From contig NC_014148.1 of NCBI RefSeq assembly GCF_000092105.1, positions 3,810,001 to 3,842,000 on the forward strand: DNA of 32,000 bases. The letters are read 5' to 3'. Of the stretch, positions 18,966-27,614 are shown piece by piece; positions within the stretch are counted from its first letter, which is position 1; each line of letters starts with the position of its first letter. The position numbers were made by a program, and so were the translations under genes. The stretch comes from Planctopirus limnophila DSM 3776. GTDB taxonomy: Bacteria > Planctomycetota > Planctomycetia > Planctomycetales > Planctomycetaceae. Under the pieces are notes generated by a model. That model saw only the letters and a list, made by a program, of their open reading frames with translations, had not been told where the DNA came from and ran no database searches.

Positions 18966-19802
18966 TTAAGGAGTCGAAGTCTGGGCTTGATCAGCGGCCG
19001 TATTTTGCGGTGGGCTGGCCAAACGGAGTCCGTCATCTGCCTGGAGCAGCACCGCTTCCTGCTTCCACTTTTGAAATAACTCTTCTGAAGTCGCTAAAAC
19101 TCGGGCTTTCATTTTGTAGTGGCCCCAACCGCACAACTCAGCACAGACCAGGTCATAGCTTCCCGGCTGAAGTGCATCGAACCAGACGGGAATGACAGTT
19201 CCCGGCAAGGCATCCTGCTTGATACGCAATACAGGCACAAAAAACGAATGCTGGACATCGCCTGATCTCAAACTGATGGAGACCGGCCTCCCCACCGGGA
19301 TCCTCAGGTCGTTCACGGTATAAACATCATCGGGCTGAGGCATGGGCATCAGTGGCTTGCCGGGAGCGGGATAACGAATCCGCCACTCGAATTGACGAGC
19401 GGTCACTTCGGCAATCGCTTCAATTTCCCCCGGGGCATAATTCCGCATACGGAAAGCCGCCCAGACATCCATCTGATAGATCGCAATGAACAACAGCACG
19501 ATCCCGGGGATCACCGTCCAGATCACTTCCAGGGTATGATTACCATGGGAGTACGTCGCTTTCTCGTGGGCAGGCTTAACAGCCCCCTTCCAAAGTACAT
19601 AACCCAGTGCAATCTGAGTCCCTACGAAGACAATACTGGTGATCCACAAAATGATATAAAACAGCCCATCAATCCGGCGGCCAATGCTCGACATCGCCTC
19701 GCCAGTATCCGGAAACCACCAGCCTAGTGACGGCGCAGCCAGGCACAAAGCCACTGCCAAGGCTGCCCAGCTCATAAAGTAAATTGACCAGAATCTTGCC
19801 AC
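18966..19802 (-). CDS. ctaC: Cytochrome c oxidase subunit II (CuA subunit, no fused cytochrome c domain)
   Basis: 278-aa ORF with two N-terminal TM helices. The CuA ligands are DVQHSFFVP and CAELCGWGHYKM. There is no CxxCH motif in the protein. Confidence 0.93.
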   Translation of the reverse strand: MARFWSIYFMSWAALAVALCLAAPSLGWWFPDTGEAMSSIGRRIDGLFYIILWITSIVFVGTQIALGYVLWKGAVKPAHEKATYSHGNHTLEVIWTVIPGIVLLFIAIYQMDVWAAFRMRNYAPGEIEAIAEVTARQFEWRIRYPAPGKPLMPMPQPDDVYTVNDLRIPVGRPVSISLRSGDVQHSFFVPVLRIKQDALPGTVIPVWFDALQPGSYDLVCAELCGWGHYKMKARVLATSEELFQKWKQEAVLLQADDGLRLASPPQNTAADQAQTSTP

Positions 19803-19907
19803 AGAACATCAGCCTTTATTGGCAAAAAATCGAATTGTTATTTTACAACTGAAATTTAAAACTCAACGATATCTAATCACATCGACTGACTTCCACTCTC
19901 AATTCAA

Positions 19908-21623
19908 CTAGCTGGCAGAACGTGCCGGCTCGGCCTCAGTGATTTTTTCAGCCTTCGTTTCTTGAACTTGCGCTTTGTCTGTTGCCGGCAGTTTCCTTAA
20001 TGAAGATTCGGCATCAGACAAACTCGTTCCATTGGCAGTGAACTCGACACTCAGGACATAATTCACCAGATCCCAGATTTCATCGTCTGTTAAAGTCACG
20101 CCACCAAAGGCTGGCATGGGTGTGCCCTTAATCCCTGCATACAGCCTGCGATACAAATCGACAGGACGCCGTCCTCCTCGATAAATTCCTCGTGTCAGAT
20201 CACGGGCCGGCAGGAGATTCCCCCAGAGATCATGCAGGCCTGGACGTGGATAATTTCCATCGCCGGAAGGCATTTTCCAATATTCAAAATTGGCCGGGCC
20301 GTCACCTCGGCCCTGTGCACCATGGCAGGTGTAGCACTTGGTCTTATCAGAGAGATACAGCAAACGCCCTCGCTCACGAGATGCCGCATCATCGGGAACG
20401 CGTGCTTTGGCAGGGGTAATCACACTCTCAGGCGTTTCAGCTCGTTCCCAGGCGGACACCAGAAAGTCGGCCGTATCCTCAACGACACCCTGATAATCGG
20501 TTTCGAAAAACTCAGCAAAGTCCTTTTGCAGTGCATCCACCGCAGGCGTGATTGGTGCTGGAGGTTCAGCTTTTTCACCCTTGTTGAGTGCTGCCTGATA
20601 GGCAGCTTCACTTTGAGTATATTCGGCCTTTAAATCCTTGGTGGAAAAATCGCCCAGGTCGTCCGTAATTCGCTTTTCCATCTCACCTCGAATCGAAAGC
20701 CAGCGGACATATTCAATCACAGCCTTCTTCTCAGTGGGATCCATCAATAGAAACGAAGGCATGTATGTCCCGGGGATGCCATCGTCGAGGATACGCGTCA
20801 GATCATCACGCGTGATACGTTCCGCAGCCTGTGTCGAAGTGAACTTGAAAATCCCGTCGCGATAATCACGCGGCGGTGGTTGCATATATTTAGCCGTTGG
20901 CCCTTTTCCATCGCCTGTCGATCCATGACAGTGCATACAGTTTCTTTGATAAACAACCCGGCCTTGAGCCAGCAGGCCACCATCGTCAACAACCAGTGCA
21001 TCACCGGCGGCAATCTCACCGACAGGCTTGCTGGAAGAGGACGTTTCTTCCTGTGATTCTTCAGCAGGTGCTGATCCTGCTTTTCCTTCCAGAGCAATTG
21101 AAACCTGCCGGGTGGCTGCATCGAAGGCCGCGACCCGATCCCCCTGAATACCCTCACGAGCACCGCTGACCCAGCGAACAGGGGCACCCACTCGCAGATT
21201 TTTTGCCAGGTCAGACTGATTATCGAAAGTCACCACCATCACGGCCTTGGCAGACGAACTGGCTTTTGCATCCAGCGATTCGACGGTGGCTTTGGCCCCG
21301 CCGAAATCAATCACACTCAGGCGATCCCACACGACAAGATTGTCAGGAGTTCCAAAGTGAGTCAGCAAAGTGTGCTCGACAGCTTGCCGGGCATTGGGCG
21401 CCAGGAGAGTGGTCGATGTGCGAGGAGTAAACTCGACCGCAGGATTCGGGGTACACCCTGAAGCTCCGAGCAGCAACATCACGCCCCACACCAGGGAGTG
21501 CAATGAGGAACGTAGCAGACCTGCCAGATGCCATGAATCCTGCAATTGGCCACAGCCAACTGGCTGGTCAGCAGTTTTCGCAAAGGAGGCGAAAGGCATC
21601 GATTTCAACAGGCTGTCAGGCAT
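19908..21623 (-). CDS. Lipoprotein-type diheme c-type cytochrome, the first gene of the cox cluster
   Basis: 571-aa ORF. It has a lipobox-like LLLGASGC and two heme motifs, NCMHCHGSTGDGKG and KCYTCHGAQGRGDG. The true start may be internal to the first ~45 residues. Confidence 0.85.
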   Translation of the reverse strand: MPDSLLKSMPFASFAKTADQPVGCGQLQDSWHLAGLLRSSLHSLVWGVMLLLGASGCTPNPAVEFTPRTSTTLLAPNARQAVEHTLLTHFGTPDNLVVWDRLSVIDFGGAKATVESLDAKASSSAKAVMVVTFDNQSDLAKNLRVGAPVRWVSGAREGIQGDRVAAFDAATRQVSIALEGKAGSAPAEESQEETSSSSKPVGEIAAGDALVVDDGGLLAQGRVVYQRNCMHCHGSTGDGKGPTAKYMQPPPRDYRDGIFKFTSTQAAERITRDDLTRILDDGIPGTYMPSFLLMDPTEKKAVIEYVRWLSIRGEMEKRITDDLGDFSTKDLKAEYTQSEAAYQAALNKGEKAEPPAPITPAVDALQKDFAEFFETDYQGVVEDTADFLVSAWERAETPESVITPAKARVPDDAASRERGRLLYLSDKTKCYTCHGAQGRGDGPANFEYWKMPSGDGNYPRPGLHDLWGNLLPARDLTRGIYRGGRRPVDLYRRLYAGIKGTPMPAFGGVTLTDDEIWDLVNYVLSVEFTANGTSLSDAESSLRKLPATDKAQVQETKAEKITEAEPARSAS

Positions 21624-21744
21624 GGCGGAGTCTGTAAAACTTAAGGGGTGAGCAGGTGGGCGTTGTCAGCAATCAATCTCAGGCGAATGAATGGTGAATA
21701 TTCTTGATCAATCGATTGAGTTCAATATGCTCAAGTCATGTCAG

Positions 21745-22026
21745 TTATTCTGAGGAGTCAGCAGCTTTCGTCGAAGTCGATTGCTCATTGGCAGATGCCG
21801 CATTTGCAGGCTGGGGTGAGGTCGCGATCACTGGTGCAGCCACCTCGGCGGGTGGTGGAATGACATCTTCCGCAATTCTTCTCACTGTGGGGATTTGAGT
21901 AGCACCACCTCCACAACCAGAGGTGCAACTGATCATCATGCCCATAAGTACGAAGAAGTTCACCTGAGTTCGAAACCAGCGGGAGTGACGGGCAGCCCAA
22001 TGGTCATCATGCAGCATGCAGAACAC
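21745..22026 (-). CDS. Small hypothetical lipoprotein with a Pro/Ala-rich tail
   Basis: 93-aa ORF. It has a lipobox-like FFVLMGMMISCTSGC followed by a low-complexity segment PPPAEVAAPVIATSPQPANAASA. Three overlapping ORFs compete in this region, so coding status is uncertain. Confidence 0.35.
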   Translation of the reverse strand: MFCMLHDDHWAARHSRWFRTQVNFFVLMGMMISCTSGCGGGATQIPTVRRIAEDVIPPPAEVAAPVIATSPQPANAASANEQSTSTKAADSSE

Positions 22027-22456
22027 TCCCTTATCGATAGATCAACGTCGGTCGAATTGTTGGATTGTGGCCTGTCGAAAAATCAGTGACAACTGATTGT
22101 GGCTGCCAATTGCCATGTTTCCCAAAGCCAAGAAGTTTTATATCGTCAATTCGGGCGAATCTGGCGACTATGAACTCGACTGAAGACATAATCTCATCTG
22201 ACGTTGCGCAAAATCTCAAACCAGGATTTCCCTGAATCAAAAAGGTTGCATGTCGGCCCGGGCAGTCTTTTTCGCTTTCAGGAGCCACCCCCTCCGTTGA
22301 ACTGGCAGCCAGGCCCTCACGAGAAACACCGTAACTCATTACTGTAAAATATCTTACTCTACAAAAATTTGATCTAACAGATGTTCAGCCTGTGCATCAT
22401 GAATACGCAACGAACTCTAATGGCTGTCATCCACGGGAAACAGGATCATCTCTGCC

Positions 22457-23683
22457 ATGAACTTCAACCCACTCTCCAGACCGCAAAGAGATTCTGTGAT
22501 TCCACTTACGTTGTTCCGAAGCTGGCTGACTGGTATCGCTTCCTGGGTCGCATTTTTGATCCTCGGCATGACTTCTCATGGTGCATGGACTGCCCATTGC
22601 CCATTCTGCCCGCCATCGCAACCGACTTATGCCGAACATCTGGCCAACAGTGATGTCGCCATTCTGGTGCAATGGAAAGGCCAGAAGGTGCATTCTGAAC
22701 AGGAAGCCACGACAACTTTTGAAATTGTCGATCTCCTCAAGGGGGACCCGAAGGATTGGAAAAAGGAGGGAAAAGTCTCCGTCCCTTATGCCCGAGATGG
22801 ACAGCCAGGCGATCTCCTCCTCCTCATGGGGCAGGCCGATGCCAGTCCGAAAGAAAAAAACACGAATTGGCTTCTCGTGCAAGAAGTCAATGAAGTGCTT
22901 TATGGATACATTCGCAAAGCCCCCCCACTTGAGGAGAAGAATGCCAAGCGGCTGGAGTTTTATTGGCAGGGGCTTGAATCTCTCGATCCGGAAATCGGCA
23001 ACGATGCTTTTGCCGAATTCAGTCGGGCCACCTATGCCGATGTCGCCTCCATCAAAGCCATTTATCAACCCGAGAAACTCCGGCAATGGCTGCGATCCGA
23101 ACAGGTTCTCCCTATTCGGAAAGGTCTTTATGCCATGATGTTAGGGCTTGTTGGTAACGGTGAAGATGCCGCCTGGATGCTCGAAGAAATCCTGCGTCCT
23201 GTTCAGCCCCAGGAAACCCGCCTCGGAATTGACGGCATGATGGCAGGCTTCGTCCTGCTCGAAGGTCAGACGGGCCTCGAAAAGATCTGCCACGCCAAAC
23301 TCGACAACCCTCAGACTTCACCTGCCGAACTCTACGCCACCGTGAATCTACTCCGTTTCCTCTGGGAAGAGAATCCCCTCCATCTGCCACCCGAGATCCT
23401 CCGCAACCAGCTACGCAAACTATTACCCAAAAGAGAATTAGGTGAAGTTGCGCTAGTCGATCTGGCCCGCTGGAAAGACTGGGGAGCCTGGCCGATGATT
23501 CAAGCTCAATGGGGACAGGGTGCTTTCTCGAACACGACGGGAAAACAGAAAATCATCCAGTTCGCCCAGACCATGCTCAAAGACCAGAACTGGGGTGATC
23601 CCCAATCCCGCCAGGCCGTTCAAGACTTTATCGACCGGAATCCATTGCCCAAATCTCCATTTCTGCCTTTACCAACCCCCTGA
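22457..23683 (+). CDS. Hypothetical membrane-anchored protein with a CPFC motif and a helical-repeat-like C-terminal region
   Basis: 408-aa ORF. An N-terminal hydrophobic anchor, LTGIASWVAFLILGM, is followed directly by TAHCPFCPPSQPTY. I recognise no family. It is divergent from the cox cluster. Confidence 0.7.
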   Translation: MNFNPLSRPQRDSVIPLTLFRSWLTGIASWVAFLILGMTSHGAWTAHCPFCPPSQPTYAEHLANSDVAILVQWKGQKVHSEQEATTTFEIVDLLKGDPKDWKKEGKVSVPYARDGQPGDLLLLMGQADASPKEKNTNWLLVQEVNEVLYGYIRKAPPLEEKNAKRLEFYWQGLESLDPEIGNDAFAEFSRATYADVASIKAIYQPEKLRQWLRSEQVLPIRKGLYAMMLGLVGNGEDAAWMLEEILRPVQPQETRLGIDGMMAGFVLLEGQTGLEKICHAKLDNPQTSPAELYATVNLLRFLWEENPLHLPPEILRNQLRKLLPKRELGEVALVDLARWKDWGAWPMIQAQWGQGAFSNTTGKQKIIQFAQTMLKDQNWGDPQSRQAVQDFIDRNPLPKSPFLPLPTP

Positions 23684-23861
23684 AAATTTGATACTGCACT
23701 CAATGAGTAAATCTCTCCAGTCGTCGGGGAAAGAAAGTCAACCCTCTTGATACTTGCAAAAGTGCAGGATCAGGAAGTCTGGTCAGCCCCCTTTCGTGTG
23801 GATATGATCAATTTTGGAAAGTCGTGACGGAGCGTCTCTGTCTTATAGACTGTTTTGTCGA

Positions 23862-23912
23862 GAGAAATCGATTTTCCGAGAAATCAATGGTTGCTGCGAA
23901 ATCATCGATTTC
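23862..23912. promoter_or_regulatory. Three spaced GAAATC-type repeats/palindromes upstream of the citrate-synthase-like gene (putative operator)
   Basis: The three copies are gagaaatcg (23862-23870), gagaaatca (23878-23886) and gcgaaatca (23896-23904), spaced 16 and 18 nt apart. The first overlaps a perfect 10-bp palindrome, aaatcgattt (23865-23874). The third sits in gaaatcatcgatttc, with inverted GAAAT/ATTTC arms. Confidence 0.3.
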
Positions 23913-23989
23913 TATCTACGCCTGAAACTGAGTTTGGGAGATACTGCCGGTTAAGTCAGGGCTGACCATTCAGGTAGCCGCTCAAATTT

Positions 23990-25138
23990 GTGCTCTTCCG
24001 TTTCGGATTGGAATTTATGGCATCGCGACCACCACAGCTTTCTCCAGGCGAATTCGTCGTGGGCGATACCTCGATCACGGTAAAACAACCGTCATTGCAG
24101 TACCGTGGTTACCGTGTTGAAGATCTGTCGCGCGATGCTCAATTTCCTGAGGTGGCCTGGCTGCTCATCGAAGGTTCTTTGCCCAGCCCGGAAGAATTGG
24201 CCGATCTCGAAGCCGCACTTTCTGAAGACGGCCGCCTGGATGACGAAGTCACCACCTGGCTGGTCAATCTTCCCATGCATGTTCCCGGTCTTGATGCCTT
24301 AAGAACAGCCGTCAGCCTCACGGCTACGCTCGACCCCCAGGCTCAGGATAACTCACTGGCTGCTCAACGCGAAAAAGCCTATCGGCTCCTCGCACGCTAC
24401 CCGATTATGGCTGCCGCTGTGGCTGGGGGTACGTTACCGGACGACGCCGAATACCACTCAGAACTCTCCTATGGTGGAAATTTCCTCCGCCTCGCCTCAG
24501 GCATTGAGCCACGCGATGAACATTCCATGGCGATGGATGCACTGCTGATCACTTCCGCCGATTTCGAATACGAACCCAGTACTCTGGCAGCACGCCTGGC
24601 GGCTGGCAGTCGCGTCGATGTTCTGGGAGCCATGGTGGCCGCCTTGAGCATCTTCTCAGGTGAATGCCCACTCGATGAAGCCCGCGCGATTGCCGATCTG
24701 CTGGATGCAGTTCATAGCCCGGAAATGAGCCGCGATCTGATTCACAGGCTCTGGGAAGAACGAGCCATTCTTCCCGGCTTCGGGCCCCGCATTCCCCGCG
24801 GAGGCGATGCCCGTGTCTGTGTTCTTAGCGATTGGGCCGATCAGCTCTCCGATCAGCCCGATTTTGAGGTCTGGGAGGAGCATGCCGACTGGATCGAAGC
24901 CGCCGCCTGGGAAGTTGCCGAACAAGGGCCCACACTTCTTTGGGCCGTCGTCAGAATGATGAAGTATCTTGGATTACCAGTGGATGCTGCTCCCGTCGTG
25001 ATTTCCACAGGGCGCGTCGCCGGTTGGATGGCTCATTACATGGAACAGATCCGCACCACCTGGAAGCTGAGACCGCTGGGAGCCTACATCGGGCCAACCG
25101 ATTTGCAGTTTTTACCCGTTGATGACCGCAGTGCATAA
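23990..25138 (+). CDS. Citrate synthase family (fold) protein lacking the canonical catalytic residues
   Basis: 382-aa ORF with a GTG start at 23990 and an alternative ATG at 24017. Family hallmarks are LQYRGYRVEDL..FPEVAWLLIEGSLPSPEEL and STGRVAGWMAHYMEQ. The catalytic motifs read SADFE (not xDHE), SGECPLDEA (not GPLHGGA), GFGPRIP (not GFGHRVY) and PTLLWAV (not N-x-D-F/Y). Confidence 0.8.
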   Translation: MLFRFGLEFMASRPPQLSPGEFVVGDTSITVKQPSLQYRGYRVEDLSRDAQFPEVAWLLIEGSLPSPEELADLEAALSEDGRLDDEVTTWLVNLPMHVPGLDALRTAVSLTATLDPQAQDNSLAAQREKAYRLLARYPIMAAAVAGGTLPDDAEYHSELSYGGNFLRLASGIEPRDEHSMAMDALLITSADFEYEPSTLAARLAAGSRVDVLGAMVAALSIFSGECPLDEARAIADLLDAVHSPEMSRDLIHRLWEERAILPGFGPRIPRGGDARVCVLSDWADQLSDQPDFEVWEEHADWIEAAAWEVAEQGPTLLWAVVRMMKYLGLPVDAAPVVISTGRVAGWMAHYMEQIRTTWKLRPLGAYIGPTDLQFLPVDDRSA

Positions 25139-25381
25139 CAACAGTTGAGTCCGATGATGGGAACACAAATTTTCAGAAAAGATTTTCCCCGATTTCATAC
25201 CCCTGAAGAGTAATGGAATGGTTCCTTCATCACTCAATTGAATACGAAAACGAACTCCCAAACCTTCACAACCATTACGTCACGATTTCCTTCCGAGAGT
25301 CTCCACGAAGAAAGCCCACATTCGGAGCAGATCATTGTCCCGCAGGCCATTGATCATCCCCGCTCTGCAAAGGTTGATTGT

Positions 25382-26833
25382 ATGACCCCACCTACTGCCG
25401 CCATCACTCCCCCTGTCGCCAAACTTTTCCGCTCCTCACCGACCGATGCGGCTTTCCAGGTCTGTATTGAACCGACTTGCCGGGCGACCTATGCCGTCGA
25501 TCAGACACTCACTTCATGCACAGCCTGCGGAAGTCTGCTCGATATTGGCTACGACTGGAATCGAATCCGCGTGCCGGGCTCGATGCGCTGGTTCGAACAG
25601 CGCTGGAGCCGCCGCAATCAGCCTCTCGATTTCAGCGGCGTCTGGCGTTTTCGCGAGTTGTTCCCCTTCGCTCCCGAAGAGTCGATTGTCACCATTGGAG
25701 AAGGTCAGACGATTCTCCAGAACTCAGCCGCTGTAGCCAGTTACGTCGGTGTGCAGCACGGAAATCTGTTTTTGCAGTACGAAGGGCTCAATCCCTCCGG
25801 CAGCTTCAAAGATAACGGCATGACTGCCGCCGCCACACATGCCCGCATGGTGGGAGCTCATGTGGCTGCATGTGCCTCGACAGGCAATACGAGCGCATCA
25901 CTGGCCATCTACGCCAGCTCGACCAAAGCCTTCAGGACTGTGGTGTTCATCGGGAGTGGCAAGATTGCCTTCGGGAAGCTCTCACAGGCTCTTGATTACG
26001 ATGCCTGCACAGTCCAGATCATGGGTGACTTTGACGACGCCCTGGCTCGCGTTCGCGAAGTTTCTTCCGAGCGAGGCATCTACTTGTGCAACAGTGTCAA
26101 CCCGTTCCGCCTCGAAGGCCAGAAGTCGATCATGTATCGAGTTCTCGAAGGTCTCGGCTGGGAAGTTCCTGACTGGATTGTGGTTCCCGGTGGTAATCTC
26201 GGGAACAGCAGTTCGTTCGGCAAGGCCTTGGCCGAACTGAAGCAACTGGGCCTGATTGATCGCATCCCGCGACTGGCCGTCATCAACGCTCACGGAGCCA
26301 ACACTCTGCAGCAGCTTTACAATGAGCATCATGTCCGCTGGAATAATGGCAATGTTCCTTTGGAGACCATCAACCGGTTTTATGCCGAAATGGATCTCAA
26401 TTCCCGCCGTGCCGATACCATTGCCAGTGCCATTGAGATCAACCGCCCCGTCAATCTGATGAAGTGCCTGCGAGCTCTCGAAACCTGTGACGGCGTCGTT
26501 CGCGATGTTCATGATCAGGAAATTCTCGACGCCAAGGCGCAGGTGGGAGCAGGCGGTTTCGGCTGCGAGCCAGCCAGTGCTGCCAGTGTGGCCGGTGCCC
26601 GTCTTCTGCGGGCACAAGGTGTAATCGCGCCTTCCGACCGAGTGGTGTGCATTCTCACTGGCCATCAACTCAAAGATCCCGATGCCACCGTCGCGTATCA
26701 CTCGGGGAATCGTGACATGTTTGAATCGAAGCTGGCTCGCCGTGGCGTGACCGAAACACCCTTCCGCAATATGCCGCAGGGTGTCGAGAATGATCTGGGG
26801 AAGATTCTGGAACTCCTCGCCCGGCTCGATTAG
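25382..26833 (+). CDS. thrC: Threonine synthase (long type with N-terminal Cys4 ribbon)
   Basis: The PLP-lysine motif is [13 protein letters not shown]. The N-terminal segment is [32 protein letters not shown], with GNLGNSS and [11 protein letters not shown] further on. I place the start at ATG 25382. The track ORF opens at an upstream TTG at 25238. Confidence 0.9.
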   Translation: MTPPTAAITPPVAKLFRSSPTDAAFQVCIEPTCRATYAVDQTLTSCTACGSLLDIGYDWNRIRVPGSMRWFEQRWSRRNQPLDFSGVWRFRELFPFAPEESIVTIGEGQTILQNSAAVASYVGVQHGNLFLQYEGLNPSGSFKDNGMTAAATHARMVGAHVAACASTGNTSASLAIYASSTKAFRTVVFIGSGKIAFGKLSQALDYDACTVQIMGDFDDALARVREVSSERGIYLCNSVNPFRLEGQKSIMYRVLEGLGWEVPDWIVVPGGNLGNSSSFGKALAELKQLGLIDRIPRLAVINAHGANTLQQLYNEHHVRWNNGNVPLETINRFYAEMDLNSRRADTIASAIEINRPVNLMKCLRALETCDGVVRDVHDQEILDAKAQVGAGGFGCEPASAASVAGARLLRAQGVIAPSDRVVCILTGHQLKDPDATVAYHSGNRDMFESKLARRGVTETPFRNMPQGVENDLGKILELLARLD

Positions 26834-26972
26834 ACTTTCGTCACCTGCCTTTCAGATGAAATCAGCACCCAGGATTCTGGTGAGGATCAGCCGGAGGATG
26901 CGACTTCATCTGTTGGACTGGCAGAGGCAAATGGCAGAGCCAGTTGCATGAGACTTCGTCCCTCCCCCGGAC

Positions 26973-27482
26973 ATGTCAGCCATGCCTCAATCACCATTCG
27001 AAGAACTTGAGTATCTGGCGGATTTTCTCCCTTCAAACGGAGAATCCATTGTGGTTTCCCGCCGCGATGGGGAACTTGTCTGCGAAGCTGTCAAAAATCT
27101 GCAGAAATCCGATCCTCTGGACGACCCGGCTCTCTACGGTCGACTCGTGCAGATCAACGAGCGTTTGCAACGTCTTTCCGTACGGCCAATTGTCATTGGT
27201 GTGCTGGGTTGGTTCTGGCTGTGTGTAGCCCACCATCAAGCGATGGATGTCGGCGTCTCGGGTTGGTTTTTGGATGTGGGCTTCGGGTTGCTGATTGGTG
27301 TCGCAATCAGTTCGTGGATTCAGTACCGCCAGTGGAAGCTCTTCCGCAAGATTCATCATGAATCGCTGGCCCGCCAACTCCGGCAATCGCGAATTGATCA
27401 GCACACCTTGATCGGCGCACTCAGACATCAACCCGAATTGCGTCTGCTCTTCTCGCAACTCGTGCAGGCCACCTCACACTAA
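26973..27482 (+). CDS. Hypothetical membrane protein (two predicted TM helices)
   Basis: 169-aa ORF. The hydrophobic segments are PIVIGVLGWFWLCVA and WFLDVGFGLLIGVAISSWI. A terminator hairpin lies 35 nt downstream. Confidence 0.5.
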   Translation: MSAMPQSPFEELEYLADFLPSNGESIVVSRRDGELVCEAVKNLQKSDPLDDPALYGRLVQINERLQRLSVRPIVIGVLGWFWLCVAHHQAMDVGVSGWFLDVGFGLLIGVAISSWIQYRQWKLFRKIHHESLARQLRQSRIDQHTLIGALRHQPELRLLFSQLVQATSH

Positions 27483-27516
27483 TACGCTTTCCGTAAAGAA
27501 ATAGCGCTCTGTGTGC

Positions 27517-27547
27517 CATGCTTGCAGCTCTGGGCAAGCATGTTTTC
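27517..27547 (+). terminator. Rho-independent terminator after the 26973..27482 gene
   Basis: A perfect 9-bp stem, catgcttgc (27517-27525) with gcaagcatg (27534-27542), has an 8-nt loop and is followed by ttttc. Confidence 0.6.
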
Positions 27548-27614
27548 ACAACCAACCAAGTGCAGTTGTTTCCCTGGAACCGTATAAGTTGCCAATCGCG
27601 CTTGTTTGTCCGAC

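Noticed and set aside
22031-22339. 102-aa minus-strand ORF between the cox cluster and the divergent 408-aa gene
   Set aside because: It has no signal, motif or plausible ribosome-binding site, and its composition is mixed. It lies in what looks like the divergent promoter region. I cannot exclude a small protein, but I cannot support one either.
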